Shown: positions 37,861-49,953 of the stretch, one piece after another
Position numbering within the stretch: position 1 is the stretch's first letter
How the letters are laid out: every line of letters starts with the position of its first letter
Position numbers and translations under genes: made by a program
Assembly: GCA_043228905.1 (NCBI GenBank)
Contig: JBHGNT010000020.1
Span: 5,332,001-5,396,000 of the forward strand
DNA: 64,000 bases
Reading direction: 5' to 3'
Origin: Azolla caroliniana
Lineage: Eukaryota > Plantae > Polypodiophyta
The notes under the pieces: model-generated
What the model was told of the DNA's origin: nothing
The model's input: only the letters and a program-made list of their open reading frames with translations
Databases searched by the model: none

Positions 37861-40800
37861 ATGTTGTTAGGCTTTCCACCACTTGGCCAAGGAAGTGTCT
37901 ACCTTGGTCGCTAATTAATTCGATTGGACATCCATATTGGCACCAAATATACTCATACAGGAACTTCGTCGTCGATGCCGCGGTATTATCTCACAAAGCT
38001 TTTGTCTCTACCCACTTGGTGCAATAGTCTGTGGTGACGATGATGTATTTGTTGTCGGTTCCCATTGCCGGCGGCTTGAATGGTCCGACAAAGTCCAGCC
38101 CCCATTTCTGAAATGGTTCCAAGGGTAGGACCGGCTGGTGAGGCATCCACGCCTGTTCTGTCGGTTGACCTATCCTTTGACACTAATCACATTCCTTCGT
38201 ATACCGGACCGATTCTTTTAGTGCCGTTGGCCACCATAGCCCACTGCGCCATATCTTCCTTGCTGTTGCTTCACCGGCATAGTACCCTCTAGCGACTCCG
38301 CAATGCGCTTCCCGTAATATGGTGTCTTTTTCATCACTCCGAACCACTTGCCGCCATATGACATCCGCTCCTTTGTGGTATAGTGTATCTTGTAATAAAC
38401 AAAAGTGTTGGCTCTGGACTGCCAATCATTTCCGTTCATCCCGGTTCATCTCTTCCGAAGGTAGTCCCGTGCTTAAAAACTGATGCATGTTCATTAGCCA
38501 TTTTTCCTCGTCCGCAATTGTACTATCCGTCGTGGTTTCCGTTGTTATTTTAAACAATTCGGCATCCAAAAACTCATCTGGCACACCGTCACTAGTCTCT
38601 TCGGATTCTAACCGGCTCAAATAATCAGCAACCGCGTGTTGTATCCCCGTCTGGTGATAAATTTTGAAGTCGAATTCCTGTAGTAACAATGTCCACCTGG
38701 CCAGCTTGCCGGTGAGGGATGCCTTAGAGACCAAATATAATAGTGCTGAGTGGTCTACATGAAATGAAAATTTTCTGCCCAACAAATAGTGTTAGAACTT
38801 TGTGACATTGTAAATCATCCCTAAGGCCTCTCTTTCCGTTGTGGAGTAATTTTGCTCCACCTGTGATAGTTTTTGGCTTGCGTAGTACACCGATCGGTAC
38901 CACTTGGGCTCAGTCAACTGCATGAGCACGTTGCCAATTGCTATGTCTGACGCGTCGACGAATACATGGAATTCTTTGGACCAGTCCGGGGGTTGTACTA
39001 CCATTGCTTGTGATAACATTACTTTGAGCACTCGGTAGGCCGTATCTTCTTCCTCTATCCATTTAAAACGGTGTTCAGTGGACGGTTGCGTGTAATGGCG
39101 TTGCCAAGTCTGCCAAGTATTTGAGCATCCAGCTATGCCACCAAATCTATCCTAAGAATCTACTCAATGCTTTGGCCGTCGTCGGTCTCGGTGCCTCCAA
39201 AATTGCTTTGACCTTATCAGGGTCTACGGCTATCCCGTCCTTGCTGACAATATGACCAAGTAGCGTTCCACTGGTCACCCCGAACACACATTTTGTCGAG
39301 TTCAAGCTTAACCGGTAACCCCTACATTTTTCTAGGCATAACCGGAGATGGTCGAGATGTTCCCCTTGCCGGCTATACATCGTGAAGTCGTCCAGGAACA
39401 CCTGCATAAACGTCGGGACGAATTCTCCAAATGTCTCCATGATTATCCACTAAAAGGTAGTCGGCGCCATCTTGAGTCCAAACATCATTACTACTGCTAC
39501 AAAGACTCCCCATTCGGTGACGAACGCCGTCTTTTCTTGGTCATTGGGGTGCATCCTTATTTGATTGTATCCGCTGAAACCGTCGAGGAAGCTATACACC
39601 TCGTGACCGGCTACCACGTCCAAAACTCCATTCGTAAATGGAAGTGGAAAGGCATTGATAACCGTCGCAGCATTCAGTTTCCAGTAATCGACGCAAACCC
39701 AAATCTTACCGTTCTTCTTCGGCACGACGACTATCGGACTCAACCAAGTAGCTTTCTTCACCGGCCGGATAAATCCAACCCGGAGTAATTTGTCGATCTC
39801 CTCTTTTACCCTTGCCGCATAGTTTGGGTTCATTCGATAGCGCCTTTGTGCTACTGGTTTGGCGTCCTTGCTGAGATGTATCTGATGGTGATACAGCTGC
39901 GGATCCAGCCGTCACATATCCTCATAGGACCAGGCAAATACATCCCAGAATTCTTTTAATAAAGTAATCATTGCCATCTTGTTTTCCGGTGACAGCTCTT
40001 TGGCAATATGAACTGGTCGTGCTTCCTCTCCGGTTCCTAGGTTTACTTCTTCCAGCTGGGATGCCTTCACCCACTGAGACACCGCCATCTCCCGTTCCAA
40101 GGCCTCCCATGCTTGACGCAGTTCTCTGATGGCATCTCTACATGGTTCCTCTCCGGCATCTTCCGGTTGTGCAATATACGGGGAGACTGCTTCAGCCACA
40201 TCTATTTCGAACAAAGGCACGATTTTTGGATTCTCCTCGAGAAACTAATCGACTTCCTCATCGGCAAGCCCTTCTAGCATGTTTACGCTTTCAGCGTATA
40301 ACGGTGTTAGCTCTTTGTCGGTTCCCGTTTGTGGATGTGTCAGTACCCGTACTTTGGTTTTACCTTGCCGGAACGTAATCATGTTCTTCCGCCAATTTTG
40401 TTTAATGTGCGCCGTCCTCAACCATGGTCATCCAAGCAATAGTGGATAAGCCCCTTGAGCATTTAATTGGAGAACTACTACAGAAATGCGGAATGCATGT
40501 CCTCCAATTGTCACCTCCGAATCCCGTATTAAACCGGTGGGTCTTACCAAACTCCTATCTGCCATCCGGAGCCAAAATGGGCAAGGCTCCCATTCCTGAA
40601 TTCCCAGGGTGTCACAAGTTCGGAGGTTGATCACATTAACGCCCGATCCTCCGTCGACGATCATCCCTGGTAGCTCGCGTCCTTTGACAATGGAAGTGAT
40701 TGCCGGACTGCTTGTGTCCACCACTGTCGGCCCTTCCTCTGGATTTGAAAAGAAAGTCGGGGCCGCAACGAGTTTGCTGGGGTCGTTGCCGATTTCAGCC

Positions 40801-43500
40801 CATCCGTAAACCGGGGTACTAATTGCAATAGCCAGCCTAATGGCAACATAATTTGACATTCCTATAGCGCTTGCCACATTGGGTTCTCCAATTGTATTGT
40901 GTCGGTGAGTGCTGTCGGTGTCTCCTTTTATTGTTTGACTTCAGCCGCGTTCCGCTTATTCGACTTCTCAATCCATTCGATGGCTTGTTTCCGGATGGCC
41001 TCCTATGCTTCCCACTACGTCGTCTTTCCTTTGGATCTAGTGGTGACTTGCTGTATATCCGCGACTTCTGCTACCACCATATTGACTACCGACCGTTTTT
41101 CGTTCCTTTTAACCGGGCATTGGTTGCTGTAATGGCCCCCCTATCGGCAATAGTCGTAATACGCCTTCCAGGTATTGCTAGATTATGTTTTTGTTTCAAT
41201 ACCCTGTTGAAATCTGGTTACCGCTCGGTTAGGTTCTTCTATTCTTCTTTGTTCTGGTTGGGCGCCACTTATGCCTCTATCCGGCTCTCGTGGGTACTCC
41301 TTTGCCGGCTCTCGATGATCCTCTTTCTAAAAGTTTCGTTTCTTAAGAAACCGTCTGTTCTTGTAACCCTGCCGATGCCGGTCTTCGTAGTTTGCTCGTT
41401 GATCCTACCTCCTCTGGTTGTAGCTGGCAGAGTAGTCACGACCATATCGGTCACCATTATAATCTTGGTTCCTATCATACCGGTCCCGGTCATAAGCATC
41501 CCTTCGCCGGTCGTAATCCAATGAGTAGTCCCGTTCATATTGATCTTGATTGTGGCCTTCCCTATGTTGGTCGTTGCGATCACGCTCATAGTCATCGCGT
41601 CTTCTCTCATTGTACCAATCCCCACATTCTGGTCGGTATCGGTCCTCCCTCCGGAACCGTTTGTCGTCCGGTTCGTGACTGCTACATCGTTCAATGATCC
41701 TCACCAGTGCTACTCGTCGGTTGAGCAGGTTGTACTCACATCGGTCCGTTGTGTGTGCCCTCATTGTGCAGTCTACCGTCGAATGGCCCGGGTTTAGACA
41801 CGTTGTGCATTGCAACGCCTGGTGAAACCTAAGATCCTCCTGATTTGGAAGGGCCTTCTGCAGGGCTCCCATTGTCATTAGGGAGCTATGTTTATCCAAT
41901 TCTAGCACCCGATCGATGACTTGATCCATTGTGCTGGCTTGGAAATCTAGTACTCCGAACATCGTTTGGAGTGGTTCCCGTAAAGAGGCCATAAACACCA
42001 GTTTCACCTCCTCCTCCGGAGGTGCCCTTGTTAACTGGCTGTGTAGTGTTTGAAATCGGATGATAAATTGGGGCACGGTCTCCCTCTCCTCTTGGCAGGT
42101 TGTGTAAAATTGTCTGACTAGTTCGTACTTTTCCACTTGCCTATGGAATATTCAGAGGAATTTTGTTTTCAAGGCCTCAAATGTGGCAAAGCTTCCGGGT
42201 AGGTGCTTTGTGTGCCAGCAGGCCACCGGTCCCTCTAATGTCATGCCGAATTCGGCAATCTTTGAACGTTCAGCTTCCGGTTCAATCAGCCTTTGGGATA
42301 CATGGTTTGCTTCCCATGTTTGTAGGAATGCATAGACATGCGCCTTCGCGTCAGGGTCATCACGGTACTTCAGATACGGGTACGGCATTGTGTAGTCTTC
42401 GGGAGGTTGTACCGGAGATGTGTGGTGTTGGTGCACGGTTTTCCACTGTCTCTGCGGGTGGTGTTGGCACGCGGTTTTCCGCTGTCTCTACGGGTGGTGT
42501 TGGGGCGCAGTTTTCCGCTGTCTCTACGGGTGGTGTTGGCGCGTGGTTTTTCGCTGTCTCCGCGGGTGCTGTTGATGAGCCGCCCGATTCGTCATCCTCT
42601 GGATCGTCCGGAGTATCGTGGCTGCTTTTGTAATTCAACTGAACACTTTGTTCACTATCCGATTCCGACTCTAAGGCCGAGAATGCCTCCAAGTCTCTGT
42701 TGCCTCCGGCAAGCATCCATAGTCGTGCTTCTGCCTCTTGCAGGCTCATCAGACTACTGCCCTCGTCGGAAAATTGTTGTTTTTGGAATCGAAGTGCGTC
42801 TTCCGTGACCCTCTGAAGCACTCTTGGAAAAGACCGATCCTATCGGATCTCCTCGGTTGCTTGTTGGAAGGCTACCCTGCCTACCTTTGCTGTCGTTCGG
42901 CAAGTATTCTTCCTCGTTCGGTGACTTGGTCGTTAGTCGGTCGAGACATCCATCCCTCGGTGTTCTCTGCTCACTGTAGGAATCGTGGTCGCCAAAACCG
43001 TGTTATTCCTTAGGCTGGACAAGCCCTAACATAGGGTGTACCTATGGAATAGTTCACCAAAGGGTGGTACGGGAAGATATGGATAGACCGTAGTATTGAA
43101 TGGTCTTAATCGATTACTAACCGGCACCCTTAATTAACCGTAACACACGCGTAAGATTAACTACATTAAGCATAGGACGGTAAATAGATAGACACTAAAC
43201 ATACATAAACAGCAACACTTCTATTAATTATCCATCGTTTATTACATTCTTGCCGAGTCCTTTTATAGGTCTCCAACTGAGTTACAAACCGGTGCCAACC
43301 GGCAACCGGCAACGATCCGGTCTAGATACGAATCGGCATACCGATTCTGGGTCCGTCCATCCACTTCTCAAAATAGCATAATACTTATTAGATCCCATAA
43401 TATTTCCCTAATACTTATTAATTGCAACTCCCTATTCCTAATTAAATACCCCTTTTACATTTTGGACTCTACCCAACCCTTTTTGCCTTGCCGGCCAACA
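37861..43500 (-). mobile_element. Gypsy C (Y-type LTR), 3' end missing, inserted in the integrase of B
   Basis: 5' LTR 43001-43500; PBS TGGCGACCAC at 42985-42994; gag 42821-40900, PR IVDGGSGVN, RT FLDDF, RH, IN truncated at 37861. Confidence 0.9.
42424..42566 (-). repeat. 33-bp tandem repeat (about 4 copies) in the gag N-terminus of C
   Basis: Encodes APTPP(V/A)ETAEN repeats. Confidence 0.85.
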
Positions 43501-44389
43501 GTAATATGGCATACTCTTCTTGTGTACTACGGCGTAATGGTGCGTGAGTTCGTGGATGACCGAATTCAAGAAATGGCTCCCTTGGTCGCTTATGAGCGCT
43601 ATTGGGCAACCAAAACGGCACCAGATGTGTTCATGAAGGAATCTTGTCGTGGATGTCGCAGTATTGTCCCGTAACGGTTTGGCTTCTACCCACTTTGGGT
43701 AGTAATCTGTGGCCACGAGAACGTATTTGTTGCATGTTTGTGCTACTGCCGGCATAAAGGGACCGACAAAATTGAGATCCCATTTTTAGAACGGGTCAAG
43801 CGGGAGTACTGGTTGGTAAGGCATTCTTGCGAGCTCCGTAGGTTGCCCCAAGCGTTGACACAGATCGCCTTGTTTATAGTATTGATACGGGTCCTTTTGC
43901 GTAGTTGGCCACCAGAGACCCGCTTGCCATACTTTTCTAGCGGTGACATCACCTACATAATGTCCTCTGACCATACCACAATGAGCTTCGCGTAGTACGG
44001 CTTCCTTCTCATCCTGTCGAATTCCACACCGCCAAATGCCATCGCTGCTTTTATGGTAGAGTATGCCTTCGACCAAACAGAAGTGACAACTCCAGACTGC
44101 CAGTGGTTTCTTTTCGTCTGTCCGTAGCTGTAGTGGTGGCAGCCCCGTGGTCAAAAAGTAGGTCATCTCCATGAGCCAACGATCCGGAAAACTCTTTTCT
44201 TCTCGTGACATCGTTGTCGCGACCCGCAAAATATCAGCGTCGGGATAGTCATCATCTTGTCACAACGTATTATCACCATTTTTTATTCTGCTTAAGAAAT
44301 CAGCTACGGCATGTTGTGTACCCGACCGATGTTGAATCACGAAGTTGAACTCTTGGAGTAGCAACATCCATCTGGCCAACTTCCCTGTC
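43501..44389 (-). pseudogene. pol: Gypsy B RNase H end and integrase
   Basis: LTGKLARWMLLLQEF, EAHCGMVRGH, KWVEAK, ISDQGSHF. Confidence 0.88.
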
Positions 44390-44536
44390 AACGTTGTTGT
44401 AGGTTTTAGGGTTAGGGTTGCTGGAAAGTCTCACGCCGTCTTTGCCGTTCGGCGAGGCGTCGAGCTCGGTCTATAACCAAGTCGTGCGTTGGTCTAGTCA
44501 TCCATTACCGTCGTTCGCTGCGAGAAAGCAGGAATC

Positions 44537-46588
44537 GTGGTCGCCAAAACTCGCGACCAGGACGATGGAAGCAGTCTAAGTAGTCTCCGGGAAACCGAAC
44601 GCCTCCTGGAGGCGCTGGCAAGCGGAGAAAACGAGGCAGAAGCCTTTTCAGCCTACGAATCGGATTCCGAAGGGGGATACAGCGTGCACACGAACTACCG
44701 GAGCAGCAACGATACCCCTGGCGGCCCGGAAGACGACGGGTCGGATACCGTGCCGACTCCAGAACCGGAACCGCTCAACCAGGGCTATCCGGAACCGCAA
44801 ACGGAAGCCGTCAACCCACCAACACCGGAAGTGGAAGAAGCAAAGCCACCAACACCAACGAAAGAGCCGGCAAAGGTACCGGAAGAAGAGCCGGAAAAAG
44901 AACCGGAAAAAGCACCGGCAAAAGAACCGGAAGTGGAACTGGAAAAAGAACCGGAAAGATATCAACAAACGCCACTAAACCGCGGCCTAATACTGGACGA
45001 CGACATGCCGTTCCAATACTCAAAGTATCGCGATGACCCGGACGCGGAAGCGCATGTTCATGACTTCGAGCAGACATGGGAAGCAAATCACACGTCCCAG
45101 CGAATGACACCGGAGGAAGAAGAACGCTCGAAGATAGCGGAATTCGGAGTCACGTTGGAGGGACCGGCGACACGATGGCGGCGCACGCAGGACCCGGCGA
45201 CCATCACAACCTTTGCAGAATTAAAAGCAAAATTCTTGCATTTTTTCCACAAGGAGGTCGACCAGACGACAATGGTGGGCCTGTTTTATACGATCCGGCA
45301 GGAGGCAGGGGAAAGCATTCCCCAATTCGTCATCCGTTTCCAACGAATGCATAGCCAGCTTGCCCGTGCACCCCCGGAGGAGGAATTACGGACGATATTT
45401 TTAAACGCACTCCGGGAACCGTTACGCACGGTGTGTACGGTAATCAACTTTCGAGGATGCACCATCGACCAGGTCATTGACCGGGTCAGAGAAATGGAAA
45501 AGACAAGCTCATGGCTTACGCTGGGAACACTGCAACGGGCGTTACCCACCGAGGAAGATCTCCGGTTCCGGCAGGCAATTCAATGCACAATCTCCTTGAA
45601 TGCCGGACACTCGGCAGTAGAGTGCACCATGCGCACTCAGTGTGTGATTTGTCAATCCAAGAGTCATACAACGGACCGGTGCGAGTACAACCTGTTAAAT
45701 CGACAAGCACCACCCGTCCGACGGATCGAGCCAAGAAGCAGCCGAGACGAAGATGACGATCGTTGGCAAAGAATGAACCGGTACCCACCGGCACAGGATG
45801 TCCGGTACGGGGACAGGCAAGAGAATGATGGCCGGTACGGGAATCGGCGTGATAACTACGACCGGTATGAGCGATCGGACCGTTATCGGGAGCCCAACAG
45901 ACGACACGAGCAATACGACAGAGACCATTCCCCGGGTTACCGAAGGCACCAGGAGGACTACGGCCGATTTTACGATCTACCACGACCGGACTACCGAAAT
46001 AAAAATAAGAATAATAAGAAACGTAATTTCAAGAAAGGTGGTCACACTAGGGACCCGGAACAGGGAACCCCAAGGAGCCAACCGGCACAGAACGCACCAC
46101 TCACTACGGGACCGACTCCGGCTACCAGCAATGCTGAATCCAGCAATACCCGTAAAGAGTACTGCTACTACTGCAGGCAGGAAGGCCACTACAGTAACCA
46201 GTGCCCGGTAAAGAGCTACGAGAAACGACCAGCAGTTAATATGGTGGTTCCGGAAGTGGCGGATTTACAGCAAGTAACCACACGGTCGAAAGGCATGGCC
46301 AAAGAATGGGAAACACAAGAGGCCATACGAAAACAGGCGACGGAATGGGTGAAGGAAGCCAATGAAAGGAACGTCGCGGACGCGGAACGGCAAAAGGCGA
46401 ATACCATAGGGAGTGCCGGCGGTAGCCACCCAGAAAACGAGACATGGCAAGCACTGCAAGAATGTCAGATCACGTTACCATTAGGAAGACTCTTGCAGCT
46501 CGTGCCGCGATTCACAGAAGGACTAAAAACGGTCATGACAGACGGTATAGCCCCACCGGCACCAGTCCTCTTCTCGAATCCGGTATAG
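44537..46588 (+). CDS. gag: Open Gypsy gag ORF (683 aa), truncated before the protease
   Basis: KYRDDPDAEAHV, SKIAEFG, CVICQSKSHTTDRC and CYYCRQEGHYSNQC; homologous to the gags of A, B and C. Native start lost at the junction. Confidence 0.85.
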   Translation: MVAKTRDQDDGSSLSSLRETERLLEALASGENEAEAFSAYESDSEGGYSVHTNYRSSNDTPGGPEDDGSDTVPTPEPEPLNQGYPEPQTEAVNPPTPEVEEAKPPTPTKEPAKVPEEEPEKEPEKAPAKEPEVELEKEPERYQQTPLNRGLILDDDMPFQYSKYRDDPDAEAHVHDFEQTWEANHTSQRMTPEEEERSKIAEFGVTLEGPATRWRRTQDPATITTFAELKAKFLHFFHKEVDQTTMVGLFYTIRQEAGESIPQFVIRFQRMHSQLARAPPEEELRTIFLNALREPLRTVCTVINFRGCTIDQVIDRVREMEKTSSWLTLGTLQRALPTEEDLRFRQAIQCTISLNAGHSAVECTMRTQCVICQSKSHTTDRCEYNLLNRQAPPVRRIEPRSSRDEDDDRWQRMNRYPPAQDVRYGDRQENDGRYGNRRDNYDRYERSDRYREPNRRHEQYDRDHSPGYRRHQEDYGRFYDLPRPDYRNKNKNNKKRNFKKGGHTRDPEQGTPRSQPAQNAPLTTGPTPATSNAESSNTRKEYCYYCRQEGHYSNQCPVKSYEKRPAVNMVVPEVADLQQVTTRSKGMAKEWETQEAIRKQATEWVKEANERNVADAERQKANTIGSAGGSHPENETWQALQECQITLPLGRLLQLVPRFTEGLKTVMTDGIAPPAPVLFSNPV

Positions 46589-46602
46589 CCCCACCGGTAT
46601 TG

Positions 46603-47114
46603 TGTTACCTTGTACGAGATGTACGGAGAGTCAAGTGTGATGATCGAGGGTCGAATGTTATCCTGATGTTGTTGTGTATGTGTAGGAGGCATAAATGTAA
46701 TTGTGAGTCTATACGTATGTGAACACATGCACACACGTGTGTGCATGTGGATGGATACGAGGAGGTGTGAGTGAGTGTCCAGTATGAATGCTCAATGGGG
46801 CTTACACCCCTATGTATCTACCCCCTCTTGTACTATTTAACCCCTTATGGGGAATGAATGAAAGAGGAATGAACATTTCTCTCTAATCTCTCTCTCTTTG
46901 ACACCTTTTCTCTTCTCTCCCCCTCTCTCACGTTGAACCCCCTTGGGAGGGGGGTGGAGCCATTCTAGGCACCACCCCCCACCCCGCAATGCTTCTCTAT
47001 ATGATCTCTCTCACCATCATACTCTCCATCACCATGTCTATCTTCATTACCTATCATCATAGTTGTCATTCATCACCATCGTCGTACTTAACCCTAACCC
47101 TAAAACCTACAACA
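46603..47114 (+). repeat. LTR of an unrelated family X, with PBS TGGCGACCACA at 47120
   Basis: TGTT...AACA termini, tatttaa box near 46834, CT-rich R region, PBS 5 nt downstream. Confidence 0.78.
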
Positions 47115-47815
47115 CCTTTTGGCGACCACAACGGCGGACCCCCTTTGATGAAGAAGTCCAAGAAGAGAACGTGGCAGCATGATGTGCGAGAAATGACAGA
47201 AACATGCAAATGACGGCGACGATGTTCAATGTATGTGCAAGCGAAGAAATGGAAACGATGACGTTTGTGTACGAGTGCAAGAAATGATGATGCGATGGAG
47301 GAATGCATGAATGGCAACAATGGTTGTGCGAGGTTGCGATTAGTGTCAATGTGCGGGTTTCCGATGCGGTTAGCGACAATGTGCGTGTTTTTGAAAGCGT
47401 GGTGCAAGATGCACGGCTGTACAAACTGCGATGCAGTGGGAACCGGTGCCAGCACGACCGGAACGAAGAAGCCCACCAGGAGACTGCGGAGAAAGTCGCA
47501 GTGTGTGGAGCGGAGACTGGCAGGATGTGCTGAGAATGCACGAGAGGTGGTTCTAAAAGAAGCAACACAGAGAGAGTCGGAACCGGAATCGGAACCAGAA
47601 CCGGAGCCGGTTAACACTGAAGGGTCGAAGAAGACCCAGACATTGACCAACAAAGAAACCAACAACGCAGACCAGACATCTACGACCAAAGAAACCAACA
47701 ACGCCAGAAAGAGACGATCGGATGCACCAGACAAAGACAGACAAAGACGACGAAAAGAGACTACTCAAACAGACAGAAAGAATGGAACAACGAAGGAGTA
47801 GAACCAGAACGGCAT

Positions 47816-49477
47816 ATGCAGGCACTCAGGCCAGACAATTCCACAGGGAATGAGCCGACCCGACCAGTACAGCAACAAGGCACCAGTAGCATGTGGCTAC
47901 GGTGGGTAGGCGAGCAAATCGCCGGAGCGGTCGAGTATATAGAGGCGGAAGAGAGAGCGCACCAGGAACGGTTGCTCGTCACAACCGTAGATCTAGAGAC
48001 GGCCCGGTCCAGAATCCGGAGCCTTGAACAAGACTTGGACAGGGTCACAAGGGAAATGGCTCAATTCGCTTTGACAACACAAGTCCAAGCACCGGTGACT
48101 CCGGGCAATGTACAGAATAAAGTGTCAAATCAACCTGTACATAGCAATCAGACCCCGGCAACGGAAACCGTTCCGGAGAGAAATGCGGCACAAGCCCAAG
48201 AGCTTGCGGATTTAAAGGATGAGCTAGCTGCCCAAGAAGCGCTGAGGAGCCGCGAAAGAGAATTGAAGACGGCAGCGGAGGCAGAACTCAAAAAGACTGC
48301 TGAGAATCTACGCCGGGCCGAGGAGAGCTTACGGAAAGGCCACCAAGCGTACGACCGGCTCAAGGAGGAGAAGGAGAAAATGCTGCAAGAGAAGGAGAGG
48401 CTCCGGAGGAACGCCGAAACAGAAGTAGAGCGCCTGAAAGAGGAACTCCGGCAGCTAAAGGACCGGGAGGACCGGAACCATCGCCAGATCAACGGCAAGC
48501 TCAAACAAAAAACGGAGGAATTTGAGCAATTGCACCGGGAGTATAAACGGTTGCAAACGGAGCACAAGGAACGGACGGATGAGCTCCGGCAAGCAGTTGA
48601 TCGGACCGCAACCGCATTCGCCAAGGAACAAGCGGAAAACAGAAGACGGTTGGAAGAGGCGGAGAAGGTTCGGACAGAGCTCCTCAGGCAACAGCAGGCG
48701 GAAAAAGAAAGAGCGGCGGAGGTACTGCAGAGGCTGCAAACGACATATCAAGGGCAGCTGACGCGCTACAGAGAGCAGGCGGAGGATACGGCAAACCTCA
48801 TCAAGCAGTTGAAGGAGGAGCGACAAGTGGTGGAAAGCAGAGCGCAAATGGGAGCAAGTCGCATCCAGGATATAATGCGGGCCTGGTTGAACCAGACCAA
48901 GAGCTTGATTGACAACGGTTCCGTCAAATGGTGGACCAAGTGGGCCACGAACGCGGCGGAACTCCAATTGCTCCGGGCCGACGTAGAGAACCGGCGGAAG
49001 GAGGGAGATGATTGCTATATGCTGAATTCTGAAGATTTCACCGGCATAAGAGATGAGCTGGCCGAAGACTTTCAAGCCTTGGCAGAGGACCAACTAGAGC
49101 AAGTCCGGCAACTTGTAGCTCAGCTGGACGACGACAGGCTGGAGGCGCAGATCCAGTTTGAAAGCTACGAGAGGTCCCGGATCCGGGGAGAGAAAGAACG
49201 AGAACCAGTTACGGTCAACCTCAGTGATGAGGAACCCTTACTGGAAGGAGACTGGACCGGAAGCAATCAAACGGAGATGCCGGAGCCAGAGAGACAAACG
49301 GAGCAGCCGGAGTCAGCGAAACAAACGGAGCAGCAGCAGCAAGCAGAGCAGCCGGAGCAGCCTCAGTCCCAACCGCAACCACAGCAGCAGCAGCAAGCAC
49401 AGCCGCAACAACCACAACCGGAAGAACAAGTGGAAATTCTTGAACAAAGTAATTTGGACAATTTGGGTGAACAATGA
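47816..49477 (+). CDS. Open 553-aa coiled-coil ORF2 (C-terminal part) of a Y-type Gypsy
   Basis: Uninterrupted E/Q/K/R-rich frame, highly similar to H 60423-61466 (WLRWV.EQ, LRKGHQAYDRLKEEKEK). Confidence 0.85.
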   Translation: MQALRPDNSTGNEPTRPVQQQGTSSMWLRWVGEQIAGAVEYIEAEERAHQERLLVTTVDLETARSRIRSLEQDLDRVTREMAQFALTTQVQAPVTPGNVQNKVSNQPVHSNQTPATETVPERNAAQAQELADLKDELAAQEALRSRERELKTAAEAELKKTAENLRRAEESLRKGHQAYDRLKEEKEKMLQEKERLRRNAETEVERLKEELRQLKDREDRNHRQINGKLKQKTEEFEQLHREYKRLQTEHKERTDELRQAVDRTATAFAKEQAENRRRLEEAEKVRTELLRQQQAEKERAAEVLQRLQTTYQGQLTRYREQAEDTANLIKQLKEERQVVESRAQMGASRIQDIMRAWLNQTKSLIDNGSVKWWTKWATNAAELQLLRADVENRRKEGDDCYMLNSEDFTGIRDELAEDFQALAEDQLEQVRQLVAQLDDDRLEAQIQFESYERSRIRGEKEREPVTVNLSDEEPLLEGDWTGSNQTEMPEPERQTEQPESAKQTEQQQQAEQPEQPQSQPQPQQQQQAQPQQPQPEEQVEILEQSNLDNLGEQ

Positions 49478-49488
49478 AGGGGCCGAGA

Positions 49489-49529
49489 AGGGTTCGACGT
49501 ACAAGGTACTGTCCCACGGGCGTGCCATG
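49489..49529 (+). promoter_or_regulatory. tRNA-3'-end-like motif in place of a PPT (element M)
   Basis: GGGTTCGA-cGTACaagGTACt-GTCCCACGGGCGTGCCA-TG then TGTT. Confidence 0.8.
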
Positions 49530-49948
49530 TGTTACCGGCCGGCAAGGAGTCCAAAATACGGAGTGAAGGAATTAATTAGATATGGTTGTAAATGAGCATA
49601 GTGTGGACGGACGGACTGGAAACGGTATGCCGTTCCAGATCCGGACGGATCCCGAATAGGTGCGAGAGGCACCGTTTTGTACTACGGGCCGGAAACCTAT
49701 TTAAAGGCCCGGACCCCATTGTAATCGCAGCGGATAATTAATAGAGCTTATGTTGTTTATACTTCTGTCTTGATTTCCGTTCTGTAATTACTGTTATATC
49801 TTACGCGTGTAATTAACCGAAGCATTCTAATCGTGTAACCTATGTAAGTCGGTGTAATCGATGAATCTTAATCCTATGCCGTAATCACCCTTTGGTGAAG
49901 TGTCTCCGTGACACCTTGTGTTAGGCCTTGTCCGGCTAGAGAATAACA
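49530..49948 (+). repeat. 3' LTR, Y-type
   Basis: TGTTA...TAACA; similar to the reverse complements of 43001-43500, 54295-54727 and 58783-59246. Confidence 0.9.
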
Positions 49949-49953
49949 AACGT

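Larger units (their letters stand above)
44395..49948 (+). mobile_element. Mosaic non-autonomous insertion M
   Basis: Perfect TSD AACGT (44390-44394 and 49949-49953); TG...CA termini; host RNase H frame (EKRT|LTGKLARW) rejoins. Confidence 0.9.

Noticed and set aside
47089-47110. Interstitial telomere (CCCTAA-like repeats, also inverted at 44400-44419)
   Set aside because: Only 2-3 imperfect units forming the end of LTR X; at most a telo-box.
47816-49477. ORF2 as env, or as a captured host myosin/SMC gene
   Set aside because: No hydrophobic TM or signal segment, no ATPase motifs and no introns; it occupies the same position in four elements.
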